Assembly (NCBI GenBank): GCA_050298055.1
Contig: JBNKTL010000009.1
Location: 2,930-66,929, forward strand
DNA length: 64,000 bases
Reading direction: 5' to 3'
From: Spirochaetota bacterium
GTDB taxonomy: Bacteria; Spirochaetota; UBA4802; UBA5550
Shown here: one piece after another, positions 45,897-55,325 of the stretch
Numbering within the stretch: the stretch's first letter is position 1
Layout of the letters: each line of letters opens with the position of its first letter
Position numbers and translations under genes: made by a program
Notes under the pieces: generated by a model
Database searches by the model: none
Told to the model about the DNA's origin: nothing
What the model saw: only the letters and a program-made list of their open reading frames with translations

Positions 45897-46757
45897 ATGA
45901 ATGTAAGAGAAAAAAAAACATTTTTGGCGCTCATTTTCCTTCTTCTTGTTTTTTCCGGGGAACTGAGAGGAGAAGAGGGAACAGGAACTGTTTCCCGGAG
46001 GGACCGTTTGGCCTATCGTTCTGCGCATTCAAAGGGACACAGGACCTCTTACAGAAGCTACGAAGATTACATACCAGAAAGAAGAAAGAGGAATAATAAA
46101 AAGTATAAAGATACCGGTAAGTCCCGTAAAAGGGGGCATGCGGTTGTCAAAAAAACTGGAAGACCCGCAGGGAACCGGAACTATGAACACTACCGTGTAA
46201 AAAGAGGCGATACCCTCTACAGAATATCAAGAAAATTCAGTGTCCCGGTAAAGGAGATCAGTAAAGCGAACGGGCTGAAAAGCAGGAACAGCATCAGGAG
46301 AGGCATGGTCCTGAAAATCCCTGTTTGTACCAAATCACGGGAAAACAGAATATCCGAAAAAACAGGAAACAGAAAAAAAGACAGGAGGCCCGGGGCGCCT
46401 GCCTTTAAATGGCCGTTGAACAGGATCACAAATTATTCCCGGGACGGTAAAAACGGAGTAAAATCCATAGGGATCCTCATAAAGAGCAGGCCCGGCTCAA
46501 AGGTTGTTTCATCCGCGGGAGGGATTGTAAAGAGAATCGGAAAGATGAGAGGATACGGGACCTATGTTGTGGTCATGCATAAGAACAGGTATGTAACCGT
46601 CTATTCCAAGCTGGGCAGTGTCAGTGTGCATGAAGGAAAAAATATCAAAAAAGGCGATATTATCGGGTATCTTGACGGAAACCGGACCCTGCATTTCCAG
46701 ATCAGCCAGGAGGGGAAGTCTTTGAATCCGCTTAAATACCTGAACAACAGGTCTTAA
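45897..46757 (+). CDS. LysM plus degenerate LytM (M23) domain protein, NlpD-like murein-hydrolase activator
   Basis: Signal peptide; very basic linker; LysM YRVKRGDTLYRISRKFSVPVKEISKANGL. The M23-like C-terminus lacks the HxxxD and first HxH histidines (GILIKS, YSKLG, TLHFQI). Confidence 0.75.
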   Translation: MNVREKKTFLALIFLLLVFSGELRGEEGTGTVSRRDRLAYRSAHSKGHRTSYRSYEDYIPERRKRNNKKYKDTGKSRKRGHAVVKKTGRPAGNRNYEHYRVKRGDTLYRISRKFSVPVKEISKANGLKSRNSIRRGMVLKIPVCTKSRENRISEKTGNRKKDRRPGAPAFKWPLNRITNYSRDGKNGVKSIGILIKSRPGSKVVSSAGGIVKRIGKMRGYGTYVVVMHKNRYVTVYSKLGSVSVHEGKNIKKGDIIGYLDGNRTLHFQISQEGKSLNPLKYLNNRS

Positions 46758-46943
46758 GGATCAGCAAAAGAACATTATTATATCCTAAAATACTAAATTT
46801 AAGTAACTCCTTTCATATTCCCGGTACATAAAAAAGTATTGATTTTCTGTTGATAAAATAATCACCTGCTGAATGCTGCAAAGGGTCAGAGCAAAGATAA
46901 AAACTCAGAAGATCAGCTCCATTACGTAAGAAGAGAGAGTTTG

Positions 46944-48836
46944 ATGAAAATAAAAACAACCGGTTCAATTATCCTTATCGTTTCACTCATATCAGCTTCG
47001 GCATGTTCTGATAATAAAAACAATGTCTACAGGGTCACTCCCCTGAAAAAAGAGATTAAAGCAGTACCCGGCAGCAGTTCCTTTGCGGTGCTTAAACTGG
47101 CCGTTCCGGAAAAATATCATGTTTATGGAAATCCCAAGGGTCCGGGTATCGGAAAGGCCACAAGTGTAATCGTAGAGTCAGACAAAAGCATCATTTTCCA
47201 GGACGCGCGGTATCTTCCGCCGGTGAAACACAGGGCAGAGGGTGATAAAGACTTTACCTGGGTCTATGAGAAGGATACAACAATCTTTCTCCCTTTTGCC
47301 GTCCGGAAAAATATACGGAAAGGGAACTATCCTGTAAATGCCAGGGTGGATGCGCTTCTCTGCGACAGCAACTCATGTTTGCCCAGAGTCATTGATGTTA
47401 AGTTCACTATTGTGATTACATCTGAAAACAGTTCCTATTCCTCCGAAACAAACAGCCTCTATAAACTCTCCCGGGCACCGGGAGGGAACAGGCGGGACAT
47501 GCGTCCGTCAGAGGCCGGGCCTCTCCCCGGGTTGAAGAGCGGGGAGACCTTCAGGGGGACCGTTTTTACTCCCGAAATTATTGAATCAACCAGTGTCGCG
47601 GGGATACTACAGGCTGTAATCTTTGGCCTCATCGCGGGATTCATCCTGAACTTTATGCCCTGCGTGCTTCCTGTTGTGAGCCTGAAAATCATGGGTTTTG
47701 TCCAGCACGCGGGAAAGGAGAGGAAAGAACTTACCCGGCTGGGGCTCCTCTTCGCGCTGGGAATTCTTGTGAGCTTCGCGGTCCTTGCGGCCCTTGCGGC
47801 GTTTCTCGGGTATAGCTGGGGGGACCTCTTTCAGCACGAGCTGTTTATTGTAGCCCTGACGGCAATCGTTTTTGCCCTGGCCCTCTCAATGTTCGATATC
47901 TTTACCATTCATCCCCCTTCATTCCTGGGAAAAGCCGGTTCCGGAATGAAGAACCAGTACACTGACGCTTTCACCAAGGGGCTTCTTGCCACGCTCCTTG
48001 CAACACCCTGCAGCGGCCCCTTTCTGGGCGGGACCCTTGCCTGGGCGCTGAGTCAGCCCCCGCTGACCATTTTCCTGATATTCATTAGTGTGGGGACAGG
48101 AATGGCCCTTCCCTACCTGGCGCTTTCGCTCAATCCCGCTTTTATCAGGTTTATCCCAAAACCGGGTGAGTGGACCAGGACTTTTGAGAACGTTATGGGG
48201 TTCTTTCTCATTTTTACCGTTGTTTACCTCCTTAACATTCTGAAACCGGAATCGTTCATGCCCATGATAACATTTCTTGCCTTCATTGCCCTGGGCTTCT
48301 GGCAGTACGGGAGGTACGGTTCCCTTGATAAAAAAAAGCCGGTGAGAAGATTCTCGTTCCTTCTCCTCCTGGTCCTTCTTGTTACCGGGTACCTGTTTTC
48401 ATTTAAATATATCTTTTCCGAACCGGTTGAAAAACTGGTTAATTACAATATTTTCAGCATTCACGATCTGAAAAAGAACAGGGACGCGGGCAGGATATCA
48501 ATGGTAAAATTTACCGCCGACTGGTGTCCCAACTGCAAACTCGTGGAAAAGGTCTCCCTGGAAACGGGAAAGGTGGCGGAGAAAATCAGCAGCTACAATA
48601 TCGATCTCATGGCTGCCGATATTACCCACAGCAATCCCCCGGCGAAGGAGCTGCTCTTAAAGTTGAAAAGCCGTTCCATTCCCTTTCTTGCTGTTTTTCC
48701 GGGAGGGAAGGGGTTCTCCAGCCCGGTCTGTCTCCGGGATATCTACTCGGAGGATGATGTCCTGAAGGCAATTGAAAAAGCCCGGGAAAAAACATCCGGA
48801 GGGGTCAGAGCAAAATTCAGGATAAAAAACAATTAA
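46944..48836 (+). CDS. dsbD: thiol:disulfide interchange protein DsbD (three-domain)
   Basis: N-terminal periplasmic domain with a LLCDSNSCLP Cys pair; DsbD/CcdA membrane core with MPCVLPV and ATPCSGPF; C-terminal thioredoxin fold with WCPNC. TTG-46941 is an alternative start. Confidence 0.85.
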   Translation: MKIKTTGSIILIVSLISASACSDNKNNVYRVTPLKKEIKAVPGSSSFAVLKLAVPEKYHVYGNPKGPGIGKATSVIVESDKSIIFQDARYLPPVKHRAEGDKDFTWVYEKDTTIFLPFAVRKNIRKGNYPVNARVDALLCDSNSCLPRVIDVKFTIVITSENSSYSSETNSLYKLSRAPGGNRRDMRPSEAGPLPGLKSGETFRGTVFTPEIIESTSVAGILQAVIFGLIAGFILNFMPCVLPVVSLKIMGFVQHAGKERKELTRLGLLFALGILVSFAVLAALAAFLGYSWGDLFQHELFIVALTAIVFALALSMFDIFTIHPPSFLGKAGSGMKNQYTDAFTKGLLATLLATPCSGPFLGGTLAWALSQPPLTIFLIFISVGTGMALPYLALSLNPAFIRFIPKPGEWTRTFENVMGFFLIFTVVYLLNILKPESFMPMITFLAFIALGFWQYGRYGSLDKKKPVRRFSFLLLLVLLVTGYLFSFKYIFSEPVEKLVNYNIFSIHDLKKNRDAGRISMVKFTADWCPNCKLVEKVSLETGKVAEKISSYNIDLMAADITHSNPPAKELLLKLKSRSIPFLAVFPGGKGFSSPVCLRDIYSEDDVLKAIEKAREKTSGGVRAKFRIKNN

Positions 48837-48925
48837 AGTTCTTGCAAAATTATGTTTTCTCCTGTTTATAAGCAGGTAAGAGAAAAACTGAATAATTTGA
48901 TTCAACAAAAGCGGAGGTTTTCCCT

Positions 48926-49084
48926 ATGGACAAATACATCTGTAACGTTTGCGGGTATATCTATGATCCCGAAGTCGGCGACCCCGACGGGGGCATCGCG
49001 GCGGGGACAAAGTTTGAGGATATCCCCGACGACTGGTCCTGCCCCGTATGCGGCGCATCAAAGGGCGATTTTGAAAAGATGTAA
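48926..49084 (+). CDS. rubredoxin (52 aa)
   Basis: Absent from the ORF track (<60 aa). [52 protein letters not shown] carries both CxxCG knuckles and the rubredoxin core; SD GGAGG 8 nt upstream. Confidence 0.9.
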   Translation: MDKYICNVCGYIYDPEVGDPDGGIAAGTKFEDIPDDWSCPVCGASKGDFEKM

Positions 49085-49090
49085 TACCGC

Positions 49091-49975
49091 CTAGAACATA
49101 TAGAGAGCGCTGATAAACACACCGTAGATATAGTCGTTCAGCGGCTTGTCCGGGGTCAGTTCATTCCCCCCTGGATTGAATTTGTCGACAAAATCCGTTT
49201 TCATCCACTGGAAGCGGAAACCCAGGGTAACGATCATGTCATCAAGGATTTTTGCTCCTACAGTGGGCTCGAAGTTCATCCCGTACTGTTTTGTCTTAAA
49301 GGAACCTAAATTTTGGGTGTCAGGTGTGGAGATCAGGCTTGTACCACTCGGTTCATAGCGGTCCTCTTGAAAGCTGGAAAATTTCCATTTTCCCCACATG
49401 TAGACAAATGTGAGGTTTACGGCGGCAAAATACGTATCACTAAAGGCATGGGAATAACCTGCACCCACCGCCGGCCCGTGGGCGGGAAACTCCAGGGTCT
49501 CCTGTAAATGGTTGGCTTCATCCGAATCAATGTCTATATAGGTGGCAACCAGGTCCATATCAACTACCTGGTACTTATATCCCGCGATGAGCTTGACCCC
49601 CTTCATGAGCCTGTAGCTCAGGGCCGTATCGATGTCCGTTCTATTAATTTCAACATTGTATGTCCCCGTAAAAGTTGAATATGAACCTTTCCAGAGCTTA
49701 TATTCATTATGCTCTGAAAAGTACTTTGTCTGTTTCCCGGTAAGGAGCGAGAGGGAGAGTGAAAACTCATCATTTATCATCAGGGACGCAACAGGGCCGT
49801 AAAGGAGACCGTCGCCCCTGTCAACCTGTTCCAGGCCGCCCCCTTTAAGCTCCGAAAACATGGGCTCCCAGACATAGTAACCGGACTTGGCGCCTGCCAT
49901 AAAGTTCATGGAGTAGAGATTAATTGTAAAAAACCAGCTAAAAAATATTAACAACAGGCAGAGTCTTTTTTTCAT
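49091..49975 (-). CDS. hypothetical outer-membrane beta-barrel protein
   Basis: Signal peptide, alternating amphipathic strands and a C-terminal aromatic beta-signal (ISALYMF). Confidence 0.5.
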   Translation of the reverse strand: MKKRLCLLLIFFSWFFTINLYSMNFMAGAKSGYYVWEPMFSELKGGGLEQVDRGDGLLYGPVASLMINDEFSLSLSLLTGKQTKYFSEHNEYKLWKGSYSTFTGTYNVEINRTDIDTALSYRLMKGVKLIAGYKYQVVDMDLVATYIDIDSDEANHLQETLEFPAHGPAVGAGYSHAFSDTYFAAVNLTFVYMWGKWKFSSFQEDRYEPSGTSLISTPDTQNLGSFKTKQYGMNFEPTVGAKILDDMIVTLGFRFQWMKTDFVDKFNPGGNELTPDKPLNDYIYGVFISALYMF

Positions 49976-50127
49976 TTTTTTCTCCTTTTATTACATGTCA
50001 TTATATATTTCCTTCACGGAAATCCGGCTAATATCATTTAGTGAAATATGTTTTTTTCTTGCCGCTTGGCACCAAGCATGAATTACTAACACGAAAATGT
50101 CAAGGTATTATAAGCTTTAGGAAAATC

Positions 50128-52104
50128 ATGGAAGACCCTATTCACAGGATATTTGCAGGTAACGGAATTCTCAGGGATGAAATTCCCGGGTACGAGTTCA
50201 GGAAGGAGCAGCACCAGATGGCGGACTTCATCTCTGAAAGGCTGTATGAATCGGAGAACGGGCTCATAGAAGCGGGGACCGGCACCGGGAAGACACTGGC
50301 CTACCTGGTCCCTTCCATTATCTACGCCATTGAAAATGAAAAGAAGGTCACCGTGACCACAGAGACAAAGGCCCTGCAAAAACAGCTTATTGAGAAAGAC
50401 CTTCCCCTTGTGAAGAAAATCCTGAAAAAAAATTTCAGCCTGGATTTTACCTCCTCACTCTGCCTGGGAAGCGGTAACTATCCCTGCAGGAGAAGATTCG
50501 AATCAGCGGTAAAAAAGGGCCAGTTTGCGCAGAAAGACCTCTCCGGGGTGGAGATCCTCAACGAGTTCTTTGGAAAGAAGAAAATTTTCACACGTTTTGA
50601 TCTCCCGGTATCCGCCTCCCTCTGGACCCGGGTCGCCCGGGAACCCGACGCGTGCATATCCTTTAAGTGCGTTTTCGCGAAGATGTGTCCCTACCAGCTC
50701 GCGAAAAAAGAATGGGCGGCATCCCACGTCCTTATCATGAACCACTATCTTTATTTTACCAATATCAGCATGGGGCGGACATATCTTCCCGTGACAGATA
50801 TTACCCTGTTCGACGAGGCCCATTCGGTTGAAGATATCGCCTCGGCACAGCTGGGCTTCAGTCTCGGGTACAGCCAGTTCCTTGAAATTACGGAACGCTT
50901 TTATCACGGCAGAAAGAGAAACCGGCTGGTTCAGAATATCAGCAACCCTGTTTTAAAGAAAAAAATTATTGATACGATAAAAGAGCTCCAGGCCGGGACC
51001 AGCCGGTTCTTCGAAGAGGTGAGGTCATTCTTTCCCGGAAACGCCGTCCAGCTGCGCCTGAAGGAAAAGAGAGAGTATTCGGCAAACCCCGCCGGTTTAC
51101 TCAGGGAACTTCTTGCTCTCATGGGTGAAGCGGAGGACGAGTTCGATGATGATTTCCTGAGGATGGAGTACGATATCGCCATGGGGCGGCTCTTCCAGTT
51201 TTCGGAAAACCTCGCCGGGTTTATCTCCATGAACGATGAAAATTCCGTTTACTGGATAGAGAGGAGTGACCGGGAATTGATCGGCGATGTCTTCCTGAAA
51301 GGGCAGCCTGTTTCCGTAGCGAAAATCATGGAAGAAGATGTCCTCCCCCACAACTCATCGTCCCTCTTTGTATCGGCCACTCTCTCCGCAGGAGGGGACT
51401 TCAGGTACATCACGGAGAGGCTCGGTCTCAGGAGAGAGAAGTCCCTTGTCCTGGAATCGTCCTTCAACTTCAGGGAGCAGGCGGTGATCTACCTGGAATC
51501 GGGTCCCGGCAATCCCAATGATCCCGGCTTTATTGAAAAATCCGCAGAGACCGCTTCAAAGATCATCAAACACCTTGGAGGGAACTGCCTGTTGCTCCTG
51601 ACCTCATACAGGTCCCTTGAAATAATGAAGGAAAAGATAAGGGAGCTCACAGACTACCCTGTCTTTTCCCAGGATGAATATACCTCCTCCCGGGCGGTGG
51701 AGATGTACAGGGACCATGACAACTCCATTCTCATGGGAACACACTCCTTCTGGCAGGGGATAGACCTCCCCGGTGATCTTCTCAGGGGGGTGATAATGAT
51801 GAGACTCCCTTTCTCTGTCCCCGATTCACCGGTGGTGGAGGCAAAGATGGAGAGGCTCGCTGAACAGGGAAAGAACCCCTTCCTCTCGTTCCAGGTCCCC
51901 GATGCCATTATCAGGTTCAGGCAGGGGTTCGGAAGGCTCATACGAAGCAGGAGTGACAGGGGGATTGTTGCCGTCATGGACCCGCGGATCGTGACAAAGC
52001 CCTACGGCAGGCATTTCCTGAGTTCTGTTCCCGGGTGCGATATCGTCTATACCGTCAATGAGCTGGTTGAGAGATTCAGCCCGGATTATAATTCAAAGGT
52101 GTAA
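50128..52104 (+). CDS. dinG: DinG/Rad3-family ATP-dependent DNA helicase with Fe-S domain
   Basis: Walker A EAGTGTGKT; DEAH box LFDEAHSVED; four Cys between motifs I and II (CLGSGNYPC...C...C); C-terminal motifs FWQGIDLPG and RFRQGFGRLIRS. Start set at MEDPIHR (AGGA SD). Confidence 0.8.
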   Translation: MEDPIHRIFAGNGILRDEIPGYEFRKEQHQMADFISERLYESENGLIEAGTGTGKTLAYLVPSIIYAIENEKKVTVTTETKALQKQLIEKDLPLVKKILKKNFSLDFTSSLCLGSGNYPCRRRFESAVKKGQFAQKDLSGVEILNEFFGKKKIFTRFDLPVSASLWTRVAREPDACISFKCVFAKMCPYQLAKKEWAASHVLIMNHYLYFTNISMGRTYLPVTDITLFDEAHSVEDIASAQLGFSLGYSQFLEITERFYHGRKRNRLVQNISNPVLKKKIIDTIKELQAGTSRFFEEVRSFFPGNAVQLRLKEKREYSANPAGLLRELLALMGEAEDEFDDDFLRMEYDIAMGRLFQFSENLAGFISMNDENSVYWIERSDRELIGDVFLKGQPVSVAKIMEEDVLPHNSSSLFVSATLSAGGDFRYITERLGLRREKSLVLESSFNFREQAVIYLESGPGNPNDPGFIEKSAETASKIIKHLGGNCLLLLTSYRSLEIMKEKIRELTDYPVFSQDEYTSSRAVEMYRDHDNSILMGTHSFWQGIDLPGDLLRGVIMMRLPFSVPDSPVVEAKMERLAEQGKNPFLSFQVPDAIIRFRQGFGRLIRSRSDRGIVAVMDPRIVTKPYGRHFLSSVPGCDIVYTVNELVERFSPDYNSKV

Positions 52105-52928
52105 GCCACAACCCTGTTGTCAAAGAATGTGGGAACAATGAGCATCTTCAGGGAGGGAACAACCTCAATATCCGCGGCGTTGATTTTCCGGTTCGTGGTA
52201 TCCGAGATCACCATCTTCTCCCTGTTGTTCACAAGCTGTATCTTCCCCGCCCAGTCGCTGATGACGTAGAGACCCTCGTCAAGGGCCTCAAGCCCGTCAA
52301 TGGGACCGGTCTCCGGGACCAGGGGGGTGATCTCTTTTTTCTTTAGATCAATTTTAACAATACTGTTTTCTGTTCCCGCAAGGAGATAGTCGTTTTCAAA
52401 GAAAAGTCCGTTGACCCGTTTCAGCTTCTCCGAGTTGAGAAAAAGAGAAACTGTTCCGCCTTTAAGAAGATAAATTGTATTTGTGGACATATCGGAAATG
52501 TAAACAGACCCGTCATTGCCCACTGTTATATCATTGAGAAAAACAGCATCCTTGACGTGAAAGATACCGGCAATGATCCCGGAAGAAGTGTTGAGGGACA
52601 CGATCCTGTCTATGTCGGTAACATAAAGCTTTTCGTTTGAGAGACCCATACCCTTGGGAGCGTTAAACCCGGTGGACCAGTTGAGTTTAATAACTCTTCC
52701 TTCAAGACTGAGCTGCGAGATAAAGCCGTTCCCGTCCTTTTCAAGGGGCTTACCGTTGATGTTTGATACATAGAGGACCTTTTTCTTCGGGTCATAAAGG
52801 ACCGATTCCGGTGTTTTTAATTCCTTCCCGGTTGCCCATACCTGTTTCAGCTTGATTTTTTTCATAATACAGGAAGTCATCATCAAAAAGGAGAGACCGA
52901 TGGATAATAAGATAAGATTCTTTTTCAT
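52086..52928 (-). CDS. beta-propeller lipoprotein (SMP-30/gluconolactonase/LRE-like)
   Basis: Start set at MKKNLILLSIGLSFLMMTSC (GGAGG SD, lipobox). Repeated strand motifs (LYVSN, LYVTD, VYISD, LYVISD). The 3' end overlaps the dinG 3' end by 19 nt (convergent genes). Confidence 0.5.
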   Translation of the reverse strand: MKKNLILLSIGLSFLMMTSCIMKKIKLKQVWATGKELKTPESVLYDPKKKVLYVSNINGKPLEKDGNGFISQLSLEGRVIKLNWSTGFNAPKGMGLSNEKLYVTDIDRIVSLNTSSGIIAGIFHVKDAVFLNDITVGNDGSVYISDMSTNTIYLLKGGTVSLFLNSEKLKRVNGLFFENDYLLAGTENSIVKIDLKKKEITPLVPETGPIDGLEALDEGLYVISDWAGKIQLVNNREKMVISDTTNRKINAADIEVVPSLKMLIVPTFFDNRVVAYTFEL

Positions 52929-53154
52929 GGTTATACCTCCCAGAAATGTGAAGAAGGTATTCTCTCTTAACTGAATTGTCAAACTCTTTATGAGTTATCA
53001 GGCCCTGTACAGGGGTGATTTTTGCCATTTATACATTAATTTCAGTTGACATTATAGAACTTTGAATTGTGATAGGCACAAATATCTGGGGATTTGTACA
53101 TAAATTCACAGGTTTCTGCTTTAAAAAATAAAATAACTCGGACTGCATCAGCCT

Positions 53155-55272
53155 ATGAAAATCGTAGATTCATACAATCTGGCACCTACTGATATTACCA
53201 GGGAATTTTACTTTAATGTTGGCGGAGTTGGCGGTTTTATGAGATGGGGAATTTATATCTTCATGTTCATTGCTGTCGGCTATCTTCTCTTTACCCTTAC
53301 CCGCAGAATAAAGGTCTGGAAGCTTGGAAAGGGGAAGATCAATACAGACAGGCCCTTTAAGAGGCTCATTGCCGTAATAAAATATGTTTTTTTCCAGAAG
53401 AAGATATTACGGGAAGGATACGCGGGAATAATGCATGCCTCAATCTTCTTCGGTTTTCTCGGCCTGTTCGTGGTAACCATGATAATAGTTGTCCAGGAAG
53501 ACCTGACGGCACTCTTTTTCCATTATCATTTCATTCATGGGTCCTTTTATCTTATCTGGTCCCTAGCCGGCGACCTTTTCGGGCTGATCGTTATCATCGG
53601 CCTCCTCCTGGCAATAAAGAGAAGATATCTTACAAAGCCCACACGACTGGACACAAAGCCCACAGATACCTTTGCGCTTTTCATAGTGGTCATTATTGTC
53701 ATAACCGGTTTTCTTAACGAGGCAATGAGGATAGCAATTACCGGGTTTCCCGCATTTGAAGTGTGGTCACCGGTGGGATGGGTGGTGGCGAAGCTTTTTG
53801 TTTCCGCCAATGTGCCTGTTCTTGAGAAGGTCCACTACGCGAACTGGTGGTTTCATATGATCGCGGCATTCTCCTTTGTGGGACTTATTGCAACGGAGAA
53901 GCTGGGTCATATCGTTATTTCCACAATGAACATCTTTACAATGAACCTGGATAATGAAAATCCTGAAACCAGGTATACACTGCCCCTGATCAAACCGGAA
54001 GAGTTTGAGACCGAAGAATCGTGGGGAGTCCTTAACATGGAGGAGCTCAGGAGGAATGACCTTCTTGACAGTGAAGCCTGTACCCGGTGCGGCCGGTGCC
54101 AGGACCAGTGCCCGGCATATCTTACCGAAAAGCCCCTGTCGCCCAAAAAGATGATAAATGACATCAGGGACAACATGAATGAAAGGGCCCCCCTTCTTCT
54201 GAAAGCCGGGAGCCCCGGGTCCGTGGAATCAACACCCCTGACAAACGGTGCCGTCACCAGGGACGAGTACTGGTCATGCACCAACTGCGCGGCCTGTATG
54301 GAGGCATGCCCGGTAAATATTGAACATGTTCCAAAGATGACTGATATGAGAAGATATACTGTTCTCATGGAAGCGGGACAGACAGGCGAGCTCCAGCAGG
54401 CTTTTGTTAATATGGAGAACCAGTTCAATCCCTACGGGTTCGGTTTTGCCGCCAGGGGTGACTGGCTCCCTGAAGATCTCGGTGTTAAGATGATCTCCGA
54501 TGACCGGGAAGTTGATTACTGTTACTTTGTGGGGTGTGCCGCTTCTTTCGATAAAAGGAACCAGAAGGTCGCCGAGGCATTCCTGAGGATAATGAAAAAG
54601 GCCGGTTTAAAAGTCGGGATACTGGGGCCCGAAGAGGTCTGCTGCGGTGATGCTGCCATGAGGGCCGGGAACGAATACCTCTTTCATATGCTGGTGACCC
54701 AGAACCTTGAGACATTCAAAAACTACGGGATTAAGAAAATTGTTACAACCTGTCCCCATGGTTACAATGTGTTAAAGAAGGAGTACAAAGAATTTGCGGG
54801 AGTGGGACTTGACTCGGAGGGAAAAGCCCTTGAGTATAACTTTGAGGTATTCCATCATTCCGATATTATCTTTGACCTTATTAAAAACGGTAAGATTAAA
54901 CTCAATGAATCCCTTGAAAACAGAATAACCTATCATGATTCATGTTTTCTGGGAAGATATAATGATAAATATGACAAGCCGAGAGAGATTATAAAATCCA
55001 TCCCCGGGACCCAGATGGTTGAGATGAGCAGGAACCAGGAAAGGAGTTTCTGCTGCGGAGCCGGAGGCGCGCGGATGTTTATAGAGGAACATCTCGGTAC
55101 ACGGATCAACCAGTTCAGAACAAAGGACGCTCAGTCGTCAGGTGCCGAAAAGATCTGTACCGCGTGCCCCTTTTGCATGACAATGCTCACAGACGGCGCA
55201 ACAGAACTGGATATTTCAAACCTGGAGACGTTTGACCTGGCGGAACTGGTCTACAATTCCATGGAAAAATAA
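53155..55272 (+). CDS. membrane-anchored HdrD/DsrK-like Fe-S oxidoreductase fused to a NarI/DsrM-like polytopic domain
   Basis: About 6 TM helices with conserved His; two ferredoxin motifs CTRCGRCQDQCP and CTNCAACMEACP; two CCG domains (FVGC...EVCCGD and HDSC...SFCCGAGG). Confidence 0.7.
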   Translation: MKIVDSYNLAPTDITREFYFNVGGVGGFMRWGIYIFMFIAVGYLLFTLTRRIKVWKLGKGKINTDRPFKRLIAVIKYVFFQKKILREGYAGIMHASIFFGFLGLFVVTMIIVVQEDLTALFFHYHFIHGSFYLIWSLAGDLFGLIVIIGLLLAIKRRYLTKPTRLDTKPTDTFALFIVVIIVITGFLNEAMRIAITGFPAFEVWSPVGWVVAKLFVSANVPVLEKVHYANWWFHMIAAFSFVGLIATEKLGHIVISTMNIFTMNLDNENPETRYTLPLIKPEEFETEESWGVLNMEELRRNDLLDSEACTRCGRCQDQCPAYLTEKPLSPKKMINDIRDNMNERAPLLLKAGSPGSVESTPLTNGAVTRDEYWSCTNCAACMEACPVNIEHVPKMTDMRRYTVLMEAGQTGELQQAFVNMENQFNPYGFGFAARGDWLPEDLGVKMISDDREVDYCYFVGCAASFDKRNQKVAEAFLRIMKKAGLKVGILGPEEVCCGDAAMRAGNEYLFHMLVTQNLETFKNYGIKKIVTTCPHGYNVLKKEYKEFAGVGLDSEGKALEYNFEVFHHSDIIFDLIKNGKIKLNESLENRITYHDSCFLGRYNDKYDKPREIIKSIPGTQMVEMSRNQERSFCCGAGGARMFIEEHLGTRINQFRTKDAQSSGAEKICTACPFCMTMLTDGATELDISNLETFDLAELVYNSMEK

Positions 55273-55325
55273 GCGGGCACTTAATTATAATTACATAATA
55301 TCAAAAAAACAAGGAGTATGTTTTT

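Noticed and set aside
48852-49094. 80-aa ORF from the track.
   Set aside because: It is in a different frame from the canonical rubredoxin at 48926-49084, has no SD and its translation shows no motif.
50128-52104. DinG-family helicase as a possible component of an anti-phage defence system.
   Set aside because: There is no nuclease, CRISPR type IV, methyltransferase or other defence partner nearby. Its neighbours are an OMP, a rubredoxin and a propeller lipoprotein. The full-length Fe-S DinG architecture fits the housekeeping repair helicase.
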